A DNA stretch of 35,528 nucleotides, from the IMG/VR virus record IMGVR_UViG_3300044723_001885, positions 1 through 35,528 of that record; one strand, 5' to 3'. Every line of letters begins with the position of its first letter. Within the stretch, counting starts at the first letter, position 1. This DNA is from a virus (lineage: Duplodnaviria; Caudoviricetes). The position numbers and the translations under genes are program-made. The notes under the pieces are model-generated. The model searched no databases. It was given only the letters and a program-made list of their open reading frames with translations, and was not told the DNA's origin. Shown here one piece after another: positions 27,078 through 34,157 of this stretch.

Positions 27078-27690
27078 CTACCTTTCCTTTCTTCTTTGCG
27101 TGATACTTTTCTCTCGCCTTGCGGTTTCTTTCTAGTCGGGCGGCTTCACTTCTTTTTCTGTCCTTCGCCGACTTCTTTTTTAACGCTTCCCGTTCCTCTG
27201 GACTCAAGTGCGAGTTGTATAGAGCATACTCCACCCCGAACAACGCATTGAGACCTGGCTCTAGCTCCTTGGCTAGTTGTGCTCTTGGGATGTTCGTGTG
27301 TGATGACTTAGCATCCCTCAAGTCCTTCCGTATCTCCCTATCCCATGCGTGTTCAAACGCTTCTCGAAGCTCCTCGTCTGGTTCTTCTTCGGGTTCGGGT
27401 TCAGGTGCATCCTCGTCATCACGAAAAAAATCATCTTCAGGTTCTGGCAATTTGTTTTTTAACTTCTGCCAGATCGCCCTGTCTCTTTCTTCGTTGATCT
27501 TGGCTCTGATCTGAGTTTCCTTTGGATCTCGATACACCATCCCCTCTGGATCGTACTTCAGTCCCATTTCGTCTACTACGGCTACCAGATTGGCGATCAT
27601 CCTTAGATCTCCGTCCTCCAGAATGTACCGTATCGACTTTCCTCGTAGCAGGTTTAGTGTGTCGTTTACTAATACTTGTTGTTTGTACAT
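27025..27690 (-). CDS. Hypothetical protein with an acidic linker, a capsid-N-terminus-like peptide and a basic tail
   Basis: AAGGAGG RBS; EPEPEEEP tract, RAQLAKELEPGLNALFGVEY, K/R-rich end. Confidence 0.7.
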   Translation of the reverse strand: MYKQQVLVNDTLNLLRGKSIRYILEDGDLRMIANLVAVVDEMGLKYDPEGMVYRDPKETQIRAKINEERDRAIWQKLKNKLPEPEDDFFRDDEDAPEPEPEEEPDEELREAFEHAWDREIRKDLRDAKSSHTNIPRAQLAKELEPGLNALFGVEYALYNSHLSPEEREALKKKSAKDRKRSEAARLERNRKAREKYHAKKKGKVDGKASRTTKGRRKSKVS

Positions 27691-27886
27691 CTTTGTGCCT
27701 CCTTATCTCGACTTCGATGTAGTATCCATGATGACCGTCCCCTCGCCTCGGAATACTCGCTTCCTCATCGAGCAGATCAATCACCTTCTCTAATTCGGTG
27801 GGTTTTGCTACCACCTCTTTCACAACTTTGCACCGATTAGAATACAAAGTAATTGTGAAGTCCAGTATTTTATTTGCGTTTTTCAA
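27437..27886 (-). CDS. Hypothetical protein (C-terminal part overlaps the next gene)
   Basis: TTG start overlapping the upstream stop; the first ~65 aa look globular and the rest overlaps 27025-27690. Confidence 0.45.
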   Translation of the reverse strand: MKNANKILDFTITLYSNRCKVVKEVVAKPTELEKVIDLLDEEASIPRRGDGHHGYYIEVEIRRHKDVQTTSISKRHTKPATRKVDTVHSGGRRSKDDRQSGSRSRRNGTEVRSRGDGVSRSKGNSDQSQDQRRKRQGDLAEVKKQIART

Positions 27887-28104
27887 CTGTCAAAATTATC
27901 CTCTGAGTTATATCCCAGGATTTTGAACTCGTGTGTGCTACCTCCAACAGGCAACAGATCCTCGTCCTGCTCGATGAGCGCGATTGCTTCGCCCATGGTC
28001 TTTGCCTTAACCACATAGTAGTTTGAGGCATGAACCATGAACTCCTGCGCTATCAGGTATTCTTTCTCAGTAACCTTGGGCACGGTATCTCCGCTCGATT
28101 TCAT
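27883..28104 (-). CDS. Hypothetical protein
   Basis: GGAGG before ATG 28104; V.A.T..EA motif common in small phage early proteins. Confidence 0.6.
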   Translation of the reverse strand: MKSSGDTVPKVTEKEYLIAQEFMVHASNYYVVKAKTMGEAIALIEQDEDLLPVGGSTHEFKILGYNSEDNFDS

Positions 28105-28282
28105 CGCAAGTGTCCTCCATGTGAAGGTCAACACATAAGCGAATGATGTCGGCCACGCTCACTTGTCGCTTGGTTATATCTGACAGACGACTAGCCTTCT
28201 TCATAAGGATTTCATACTGCCGCTCTCTCATGACCAAGTTAAATGTCTTGGTTTTACATTCGAATTTTTTTGGTCTACTCAT
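28067..28282 (-). CDS. Ribbon-helix-helix-like DNA-binding protein
   Basis: MSRPKK...KTFNLVM...QYE.L...A.......VSVADIIR; GAGGA RBS. Confidence 0.6.
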   Translation of the reverse strand: MSRPKKFECKTKTFNLVMRERQYEILMKKASRLSDITKRQVSVADIIRLCVDLHMEDTCDEIERRYRAQGY

Positions 28283-28327
28283 TTTGTCCTCAAGTTGTAG
28301 TCGTGAATAATTGATCCTAGTTTTGCA

Positions 28328-28471
28328 TTACTCTTCGATGCATGGTTTTTTATCTTTAACCTTCTCCTTTGCGGATTTCATTATGTTGACTATTGACCGC
28401 CCCCTGCTTCTAAACTTAGACAGCTTCTTAACCTTTGGGACTTTCAACAGTTCCTGTAATTCTTTATTCAT
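28328..28471 (-). CDS. Small Lys-rich hypothetical protein
   Basis: MNKELQELLKVPKVKK...; start overlaps the end of the upstream gene. Confidence 0.4.
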   Translation of the reverse strand: MNKELQELLKVPKVKKLSKFRSRGRSIVNIMKSAKEKVKDKKPCIEE

Positions 28472-28715
28472 CTTCGACAAGGTATCCCTCCCCTTCACAA
28501 GTGTCACAGGTATCCATGTACCCTTCCAGATATCCGCCATTGTTCCAGTCAACGACAGAGCGTTCATATTCGCATTCCCCCTCGCCACCGCACTCAGGAC
28601 ATAAAACATATCCTGAGTCCAACATACTTTGGTGATGCTTTCTTTTTATCTCGCGGCGCAACTCATGATGTTTTTTCATCTGAGCCGCTAGTTCCTTCGC
28701 TGTCAGGTTTCGCAT
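28464..28715 (-). CDS. DnaJ-type zinc-finger protein
   Basis: CPECGGEG and CDTCEGEG (CxxCxGxG twice). Confidence 0.75.
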   Translation of the reverse strand: MRNLTAKELAAQMKKHHELRREIKRKHHQSMLDSGYVLCPECGGEGECEYERSVVDWNNGGYLEGYMDTCDTCEGEGYLVEDE

Positions 28716-28833
28716 TATTCACATCCTCGTATATTTTAATTAAATCTGCGCCGTAATTCTGAATCCACTCTTCGCGAGTCATGTCCAAGGCGTTCTCTTC
28801 CATTTCGATTAACCAATCCTTCACTCTTCCCAT
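28663..28833 (-). CDS. Hypothetical protein
   Basis: GGAG before ATG 28833; MGRVKDWLIEMEE.A..MTREEWI. Confidence 0.65.
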   Translation of the reverse strand: MGRVKDWLIEMEENALDMTREEWIQNYGADLIKIYEDVNNAKPDSEGTSGSDEKTS

Positions 28834-28942
28834 TTTTAACTCCATAAAGTTCAAACCAATGATCTACGCAATATGGTATGTCCATATCCATCGCGTCCGC
28901 TTTCTTTATGCATTTAGAGCATATTGTTATGCTTCGTATCAT
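28736..28942 (-). CDS. Small putative zinc-binding protein
   Basis: CSKC.KKAD.......YC.DHW; GGAG upstream. Confidence 0.55.
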   Translation of the reverse strand: MIRSITICSKCIKKADAMDMDIPYCVDHWFELYGVKNGKSEGLVNRNGRERLGHDSRRVDSELRRRFN

Positions 28943-29180
28943 GAAACCACTCCCTTTGCTTTTCCGTCATGTACGGCTCAATCACCATCGTGGTGACCAT
29001 GTCCCTAAAACTCCTGCAAAAATTGTTCATGTCCGTGTGGATTAAATTTTGCGGGGTGTTTTTTGGATATAAATATTCATAGTCGCGTATCGCCGTCTGA
29101 AACGCATCCAATAATTTGTGCCTAAACTCAGCGCATACAGCGTCTATGCGGTCATGTGTGGATCTGTTGTTAATGCTCAT
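28914..29180 (-). CDS. Hypothetical protein
   Basis: GAGGAG RBS, ATGA coupling. Confidence 0.6.
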   Translation of the reverse strand: MSINNRSTHDRIDAVCAEFRHKLLDAFQTAIRDYEYLYPKNTPQNLIHTDMNNFCRSFRDMVTTMVIEPYMTEKQREWFHDTKHNNML

Positions 29181-29365
29181 GATATCTCCTCAAGGTCTGA
29201 CAGATCTAAATCGTCCATAAATTGCGCTAGTTTCCCTGCCGCTATATTTTGTAAATCCGCGTCCCATAAGCGAAACTTCGCAACTTTGCCTTTAGCGTTT
29301 TTGACGAATTGATTATCAACTGAGTCGACAACTACAAATTCCATTTTATAAAGCCTAACCTTCAT
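29177..29365 (-). CDS. Hypothetical protein
   Basis: AAGGAGG RBS, coupled within the operon. Confidence 0.6.
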   Translation of the reverse strand: MKVRLYKMEFVVVDSVDNQFVKNAKGKVAKFRLWDADLQNIAAGKLAQFMDDLDLSDLEEIS

Positions 29366-29756
29366 CGTCTGCCTCCTTCAAAAACCATTGCTTGCTAGTG
29401 TCAGTGTTCCAGAAACCATCATCATTCAGGAAGCATTCATAGACCACGCACACTTCTGACTCTGCGCCCTCTTCCTTCCAGACGCACAGATCAAACATCC
29501 GCTCACCGACTTGAATGCCATACCACTGATTATCCTCGTCACGTCCACTATGCTCATTCTGGATGTGGGTATCACTTTCGTAGAACGCGGTCAGATAGCC
29601 CTTCTCGTAGTCGGACAATTCCAAATCGTCATCGTCACTGTCTGGGTCTACGCTGAAGCACACCTTCACAATGCCCTCGTCCTCATCGGCAATGAACCAA
29701 TCATCGCGGCTTGGTAGCATCATTTCCAATGCTTGCAGTAATTCATATCTAGTCAT
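29355..29756 (-). CDS. Acidic hypothetical protein
   Basis: AGGAG before ATG 29756 (MTRYELL). Confidence 0.6.
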   Translation of the reverse strand: MTRYELLQALEMMLPSRDDWFIADEDEGIVKVCFSVDPDSDDDDLELSDYEKGYLTAFYESDTHIQNEHSGRDEDNQWYGIQVGERMFDLCVWKEEGAESEVCVVYECFLNDDGFWNTDTSKQWFLKEADDEG

Positions 29757-30066
29757 TATCGATCTCCTGAACTTCATAGTAAGCGTTTGACCAACAAAAA
29801 TGGTCTCTGGCCTCTAGTTCTGCCTGTTCATGATCTTCGGCCTCCACCGTCACCACGATCGTTGCCGTTACCTCATACTTTTGCATGGGCGGCCTTGGGT
29901 ATTTCACCGCCGCCGTATCACGAATGACATCCCAGTTGATGCCGATCGTTGCGTCATGGTTCGCCTTCAGACCATGCAACACTTCCAATGCCTGATCCCT
30001 TGTCAACCAACGGCACTCCTGCATTACATCATCAACAGACCAGATGATTTCGATTTCCTCTCTCAT
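29749..30066 (-). CDS. Hypothetical protein
   Basis: I.I.WSVDDV...LT.DQA.EVL.....HDATIGINWDVI, plus a YEV...V.VEAED..QA module; AAGGAG RBS. Confidence 0.7.
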   Translation of the reverse strand: MREEIEIIWSVDDVMQECRWLTRDQALEVLHGLKANHDATIGINWDVIRDTAAVKYPRPPMQKYEVTATIVVTVEAEDHEQAELEARDHFCWSNAYYEVQEIDND

Positions 30067-30467
30067 GCCGCTACTCCTTCCCTGAGTAACATATGATCCA
30101 ACGATACGGCTTCTTCCTCAAGCCACCGACTGCCCATCTCAGCACAACTCACTCGCCTATATACTTGAACCATGAGCCTGTCGGTAAAGCCTACCACATA
30201 GCAGTAGTCACACCACGACATCTCCGCCATCAACTCCCACCGATCCTTGTATGGTGGGATCAAACGAATGCCGCCGCCCTCCTGACACTTGTTCGCCGCA
30301 ACAAACGCCGCACCGAACTCATCAGCCTCGAACCTCGGCAGTCGCCACGCATGAGCCTTCGCCGCCTCAATAAACTGAGCCGCACCGCTCGGGTAACTGT
30401 CGTAATGCTTGTAAACAGCAACCTCATCATGTCCATCTTCGAAAATAAAAATCCCTCTAGTTCCCAT
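30063..30467 (-). CDS. Conserved hypothetical phage protein
   Basis: MGTR..........VY.HYD.YP.G pattern; AAGGAGG RBS. Confidence 0.7.
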   Translation of the reverse strand: MGTRGIFIFEDGHDEVAVYKHYDSYPSGAAQFIEAAKAHAWRLPRFEADEFGAAFVAANKCQEGGGIRLIPPYKDRWELMAEMSWCDYCYVVGFTDRLMVQVYRRVSCAEMGSRWLEEEAVSLDHMLLREGVAA

Positions 30468-30642
30468 GATCTGCCTCCTTCACATATTGGAACTCATAAC
30501 CAGAGCCGTGGCACTCGTTACACGATACCACAGCCCCATCCTCTGTCGGTTCATACCCATGACCACCACACCAGTCACAGGTTAAACCGAACACGATCCG
30601 AGTGCCTTGAACCTCGAACCTCGCTTCTTGCCGCGCTTCCAT
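30457..30642 (-). CDS. DnaJ-type zinc-finger protein
   Basis: CDWCGGHG and CNECHGSG; TAATG coupling. Confidence 0.7.
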   Translation of the reverse strand: MEARQEARFEVQGTRIVFGLTCDWCGGHGYEPTEDGAVVSCNECHGSGYEFQYVKEADHGN

Positions 30643-31205
30643 TACGCATACTCAGACTGAAGATGCTCATCAATCTCAGCATCCTCATCAAGGTTGTCGT
30701 GCCAATTACCGCCATCGCTGTTCCACGCACCATGAAACCCCATGCCGTATTCAATATACTCAGCACGAACATGAAAACCCATGTCGTCCATGGCCTCATA
30801 TACAGGAAAAGGCGGTGACCACGCCGTATCGAACTTGAACACATGGACAACGCTGTCCATGCGATAGGTATACATCTCATCAGTGTCCCATGGGTTGCAG
30901 GCATCCCACTTCGTTCCCCAATGCTTAAGAGCCCAGTCATACCACGATGCTGTGCCATGCTCCTTCTTGATGGCTTCCAGTTCCTCGGCAGGGATAGCAA
31001 TGTCATTGCCGTCCTCATCACGCCGCCACTCATTGACATGAACACCGTCAATGGTGTTGCCGCCTGTGACGATGTCCTTCAAGACCTCGGGCATTGGGAC
31101 AATATGGTTGAACATCGCACCTTGCTTCAGGGCTTCAACCAATGCATCCATCTTTTCTTTGTCTGGATGCGAGACATAAACAACATTCTGACACCAGTTT
31201 GGCAT
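30642..31205 (-). CDS. DUF1281/YubB-like ferredoxin-fold protein
   Basis: MPNWC.N, WYDW...HWGTKW, F.FDTAWSPP, Y.E.GMGF.G; GGAG RBS. Confidence 0.8.
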   Translation of the reverse strand: MPNWCQNVVYVSHPDKEKMDALVEALKQGAMFNHIVPMPEVLKDIVTGGNTIDGVHVNEWRRDEDGNDIAIPAEELEAIKKEHGTASWYDWALKHWGTKWDACNPWDTDEMYTYRMDSVVHVFKFDTAWSPPFPVYEAMDDMGFHVRAEYIEYGMGFHGAWNSDGGNWHDNLDEDAEIDEHLQSEYA

Positions 31206-31239
31206 TTCAAAATCTCCATGTTTCATTGTTGATGAGTTA

Positions 31240-31268
31240 GTTATACATGAAAACAACATATGACGCAA
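31240..31268 (-). promoter_or_regulatory. Sigma70-type promoter of the long early operon
   Basis: TTGCGT-N17-TATAAC, about 35 nt upstream of ATG 31205. Confidence 0.65.
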
Positions 31269-31287
31269 TAGACTTTATATACATAAT

Positions 31288-31584
31288 TTGTCACGGTTGT
31301 CACGCTTGTCACGCTAATAAGAGTATTTCCTGAAAAAAAAAAAATAAAAAAATTTTTCTGTAGAAGTGTGACAAGTGTGACAAGTGTGACAAGGAAACAA
31401 AGGTCTTTGTTTTTCAACGCCTAGCGGATGAGATTTTTGTCACGGTACGTCACGTTTGTCACGGTACTAGGGTGCTATAAGGGTTTTTGACAGTATATAA
31501 TTTGTGGGATTTATGCGGAATCTTTGCTATAAAAGGGGTAGTACCGTGACAAGTGTGACAAATTTGGAGGACAAGTGTGACAAG
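31288..31584. repeat. Array of 12 GTCAC/GTGAC boxes in alternating orientation, with an A-tract
   Basis: TTGTCACG x3 (9-bp period, 31288-31313), A12TA7T5, AGTGTGACA x3 (31365-31391), GTCACG x3 (31437-31464), GTGACAA x3 (31546-31583). Confidence 0.95.
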
Positions 31585-32143
31585 ACTAGAAAAGGTTGTA
31601 GCTACCATCGAGGAAGAAACAGGACGCAAACTAACAAATCGTCAGCGTGAGTTCTCTCGATACTATGTAGAGGGGATTTATTCCAATACTGAATGTGCCA
31701 AGAAGGCAGGCTTCTCACCTGCCACGGCGGATGTCATGGCATCCAAATTGCTCAGTGGAAAATATCCTCATGTAACCGATCTAATACAGGAACTCAGGCA
31801 AGAGCGTGAACGGCGTTACGGCGTGACCGTGATCGGGCAACTCAAACGCCTTCAAGAACTGTCATTAGGGGCTGAAGATGCAGGCCAGTTCTCTGCCGCA
31901 ATTAACGCTGAGAAAATTAGATCAGCCCTTGGCGGCCTGACTGTTGATCGGCGAGAACAAATCCACCATCTGGATGACCTGTCGCGTGAAGAGATCACGG
32001 CAAGGTTGGCGCAACTCCGAAAAGAATACCCTCAAGCATTCATCGAGGGGGAATATACCGAGGTAAAGAATGGCGGCGGAGAAGAACTTTTGGAATACAG
32101 TCAAGAAGAATCTGCCGAAGGGTTGCTTCTCAACGAGGATTGA
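31577..32143 (+). CDS. terS: Terminase small subunit
   Basis: LTNRQREF...YV....NTECAKKAGFS...A...ASKLL HTH, A...GQFSAAINAE; GGAGG before GTG. Confidence 0.85.
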   Translation: MTRLEKVVATIEEETGRKLTNRQREFSRYYVEGIYSNTECAKKAGFSPATADVMASKLLSGKYPHVTDLIQELRQERERRYGVTVIGQLKRLQELSLGAEDAGQFSAAINAEKIRSALGGLTVDRREQIHHLDDLSREEITARLAQLRKEYPQAFIEGEYTEVKNGGGEELLEYSQEESAEGLLLNED

Positions 32144-32486
32144 AAACCGACACGGCGGCGGCGTGCCTGATGTGCATTTAGTTTGGTCTGGGCTTGTGTT
32201 TTGGATCGAATTAAAGGTAAGTAAAGGTAACACAGTTCGCCTCTCCCCAGAGCAAGTTGCTTGGAATACCGCTTATTCGCGCTCTGGTGGCCTTAGTTTC
32301 ATCTTGGTTAAAGACCCGAGGGACAGGAGTCTATTTTTATTTGGGGGCTCTGACGCGGCTCTGGTGGCCAAAGAAGGCCTGCGGTCTGCCTGCGCCCTGT
32401 ATCATGGTTCTAGTTTCGAGGAACTGTGGACGTGCCTGCGGTCTGCCTGCGTGCCTGCGCCTTGTAATGAAGGGGAAGAGGCATGA
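32070..32486 (+). CDS. PD-(D/E)XK Holliday-junction resolvase / VRR-NUC-like nuclease
   Basis: E..FW..VK, RIEN..G.GVPD, WIELKV, LSPEQVAW.......GG.SFILV. Confidence 0.8.
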   Translation: MAAEKNFWNTVKKNLPKGCFSTRIENRHGGGVPDVHLVWSGLVFWIELKVSKGNTVRLSPEQVAWNTAYSRSGGLSFILVKDPRDRSLFLFGGSDAALVAKEGLRSACALYHGSSFEELWTCLRSACVPAPCNEGEEA

Positions 32487-32545
32487 GCCTGCGTGCCTGC
32501 GCCCTGCGCCCTGCGCCTTGGCTGATATAATCAAGAGTAGGCATG

Positions 32546-32577
32546 AAAAAAAACCATAGGCCTATAGGCCTATGGTT
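32546..32577 (-). terminator. Terminator after the GP88-like gene
   Basis: Perfect 26-bp palindrome AACCATAGGCCTATAGGCCTATGGTT (32552-32577), followed by a T-run on the minus strand. Confidence 0.8.
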
Positions 32578-32585
32578 AATCCGGT

Positions 32586-33248
32586 TTAGTGTGTTAGGAA
32601 TATCACTTGCCTGTTGGGTTGATCCCAACATAGCGTGCATGTTCCGCAACCATCATGGCCTTGCTGTTCAGGGCAGATGATGGCCTTGCCCTTTTCTGGT
32701 GATTGTAAGGCCTCACTATTGGCACTGTAGGCCAGATCTGGCCTATCTGACCAACGGATAGAAAACCGCTTGCCGAAAGTCTGGCGCGTGTTGTCAATTG
32801 CCCTGGCAATATTGCGCTCTAATTTAACCGGGCTGTCCGGGTGATTATGTGTGTATCCCCATATTGCAATGTTAGGATATTTTGCCAGCCAGCCAGCCCA
32901 TGCGTTAACGTATTCAGGCGACCAAAAATCACCTAGTATATGAAGGCGGATTAATAAAGACTTGCCCTTGTGCTCTTTTAATTCTTGATCAATCCGGTTA
33001 ATCAATTCTTGACCATGCTCTAGCCTATGGGCAAAGGGCATATTGTTCCCAAAGCATGTATTCCAGTGATGGCATGATGATGGGCACGTTGCGCGCTCTT
33101 CTAGCGTCAAGGTCATGATCTTATAACCTTTAAATGCGCCAGCTTTAACGCCTGCTTTTAGCTTTTTATTACTGGAAAATTTTAAGACTTTATACGGATA
33201 ATCGGCCAGCTTGCGCTTGCTCTTTTGATATCGTGTTGCTGTTAACAT
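32586..33248 (-). CDS. GP88-like (gene product 88) phage protein
   Basis: N.KL, LTLEERATCP.SC.....C.GNNMPFAHR, RLHILGDF, WGYT, CPEQ....C.TC.LCW; start reassigned to ATG 33248 after GGAAGG. Confidence 0.7.
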   Translation of the reverse strand: MLTATRYQKSKRKLADYPYKVLKFSSNKKLKAGVKAGAFKGYKIMTLTLEERATCPSSCHHWNTCFGNNMPFAHRLEHGQELINRIDQELKEHKGKSLLIRLHILGDFWSPEYVNAWAGWLAKYPNIAIWGYTHNHPDSPVKLERNIARAIDNTRQTFGKRFSIRWSDRPDLAYSANSEALQSPEKGKAIICPEQQGHDGCGTCTLCWDQPNRQVIFLTH

Positions 33249-33284
33249 AATGTTTCCTTCCATAATTCTGTTGCTGCATAGTTT

Positions 33285-33312
33285 ATTATACATAAAACTA
33301 TTTACTTTGCAA
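33285..33312 (-). promoter_or_regulatory. Sigma70-type promoter of the GP88-like gene
   Basis: TTGCAA-N16-TATAAT. Confidence 0.7.
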
Positions 33313-33350
33313 GGCCTGCGTGCCTGCGGCCTGCGCCCCTTCTATATATG

Positions 33351-33382
33351 AAAAAACTCCTAGGTATAGTTATACCTAGGAG
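33351..33382 (-). terminator. Terminator of the putative sRNA
   Basis: CTCCTAGGTATA-AC-TATACCTAGGAG-TTTTTT on the minus strand. Confidence 0.8.
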
Positions 33383-33416
33383 CCTTGCATCAACATGGGA
33401 TATGGAGGCATCCCAT
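33351..33416 (-). ncRNA. Putative small regulatory RNA with an anti-Shine-Dalgarno loop
   Basis: Own promoter and terminator and no translatable ORF; 5' hairpin GGGAUG-CCUCCA-UAUCCC, linker AUGUUGAUGCAAGG, 12-bp terminator stem, U6. Confidence 0.7.
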
Positions 33417-33420
33417 CCCT

Positions 33421-33450
33421 GTTATACAGTCAGCCCCAGCAATCGGTCAA
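33421..33450 (-). promoter_or_regulatory. Promoter of the putative sRNA
   Basis: TTGACC-N18-TATAAC directly after the preceding terminator's T-run. Confidence 0.65.
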
Positions 33451-33482
33451 TAAAAAACAGGGGCAGGTTTCCCTGCCCCTGT
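33451..33482 (-). terminator. Terminator of the 34081/33770 two-gene unit
   Basis: ACAGGGGCAGG-GAAA-CCTGCCCCTGT followed by a T-run on the minus strand. Confidence 0.85.
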
Positions 33483-33497
33483 CCGCCCTATGGAGGC

Positions 33498-33770
33498 TTA
33501 CTTAACTATCCTAGGCCATGTTCTGGGATTATCCCTATGATCCTCATCAGGGATATACCTATCGCGGATTTCATATTTAACGCCCATGCTATCCAATTTG
33601 TTCAGATATTTTGGGAAATCCACATCTTCTTCTAAGGCATAGATTTCACCGTTTGGCGTTTGATAACTGAAATCACTGAAATCGGCAGGCGCAATGCGCG
33701 CCTGCTTTAATTGTTCCGCTGATACAATGCCCCAGCCATGGCCGTTATCTGTAATGCATACGATATTCAT
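33498..33770 (-). CDS. Conserved hypothetical phage protein
   Basis: TAATG coupling; D.GHGW..V...L......FS.FSY.......LEED.D pattern. Confidence 0.7.
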   Translation of the reverse strand: MNIVCITDNGHGWGIVSAEQLKQARIAPADFSDFSYQTPNGEIYALEEDVDFPKYLNKLDSMGVKYEIRDRYIPDEDHRDNPRTWPRIVK

Positions 33771-34081
33771 TATTCTTTCCCTCCATAGATTTCCGCCCAT
33801 TCATCTGTGCAATCGACTAGCTTGAAGTTATGCGCGATTTCCAAGGCGTACTGATCACCGAAATCCCAGCCGCCAAATGTCATATCCGACTTGGCCGCCG
33901 TAAACCAGCGTGCATACTGGTCTTTCTTTTCGTTTTCTGCCAGTTTATAGGTTTTTAGAATAGCGACTGTTGTTTCGCCCCAGCCGCCAAAATTACCTTT
34001 GAACAAGGCATATGGTTCAGTCTTTCCGCTTACAAAATCCTGAATGTTAATTGATTTACTAAATGGGTTTTTCTTTCTCAT
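33770..34081 (-). CDS. Conserved hypothetical phage protein
   Basis: KNPF.KS...PYA.F...LKTYK...NE.KD.YARWF.AAKS.MTFG.W..GD.Y; GGAGG RBS. Confidence 0.7.
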   Translation of the reverse strand: MRKKNPFSKSINIQDFVSGKTEPYALFKGNFGGWGETTVAILKTYKLAENEKKDQYARWFTAAKSDMTFGGWDFGDQYALEIAHNFKLVDCTDEWAEIYGGKE

Positions 34082-34127
34082 AATATCCCTCCATAGGATG
34101 CAAGTTTAGGCGTCATTGCCTATAGTC

Positions 34128-34157
34128 ATTATAATACGAAACACAAGCAAAACACAA
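34128..34157 (-). promoter_or_regulatory. Putative promoter of the 34081 unit
   Basis: TTGTGT-N18-TATAAT. Confidence 0.55.

Noticed and set aside
27437-27690. 254-bp same-strand overlap as a dual-coding region
   Set aside because: The overlapping tail is low-complexity R/S-rich sequence, more likely a late stop codon than a selected second protein.
30093-30818. Long antisense ORFs (also 13677-14372, 24965-25558, 86-349 and similar)
   Set aside because: They lie opposite well-supported genes, lack RBSs and recognisable motifs, and are explained as shadow frames.
31333-31357. Poly-A tract as a phase-variation switch
   Set aside because: It is non-coding, not within a recognisable promoter spacer, and its length may be a sequencing artefact; treated as part of the repeat array.
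33348-33635. 95-aa plus-strand ORF, or a plus-strand GGAGG-loop (CsrA-type) RNA, over the sRNA locus
   Set aside because: The ORF has no RBS, crosses several hairpins and is antisense to a real gene; the promoter and both U-tracts point to the minus strand. A plus-strand transcript is not fully excluded.
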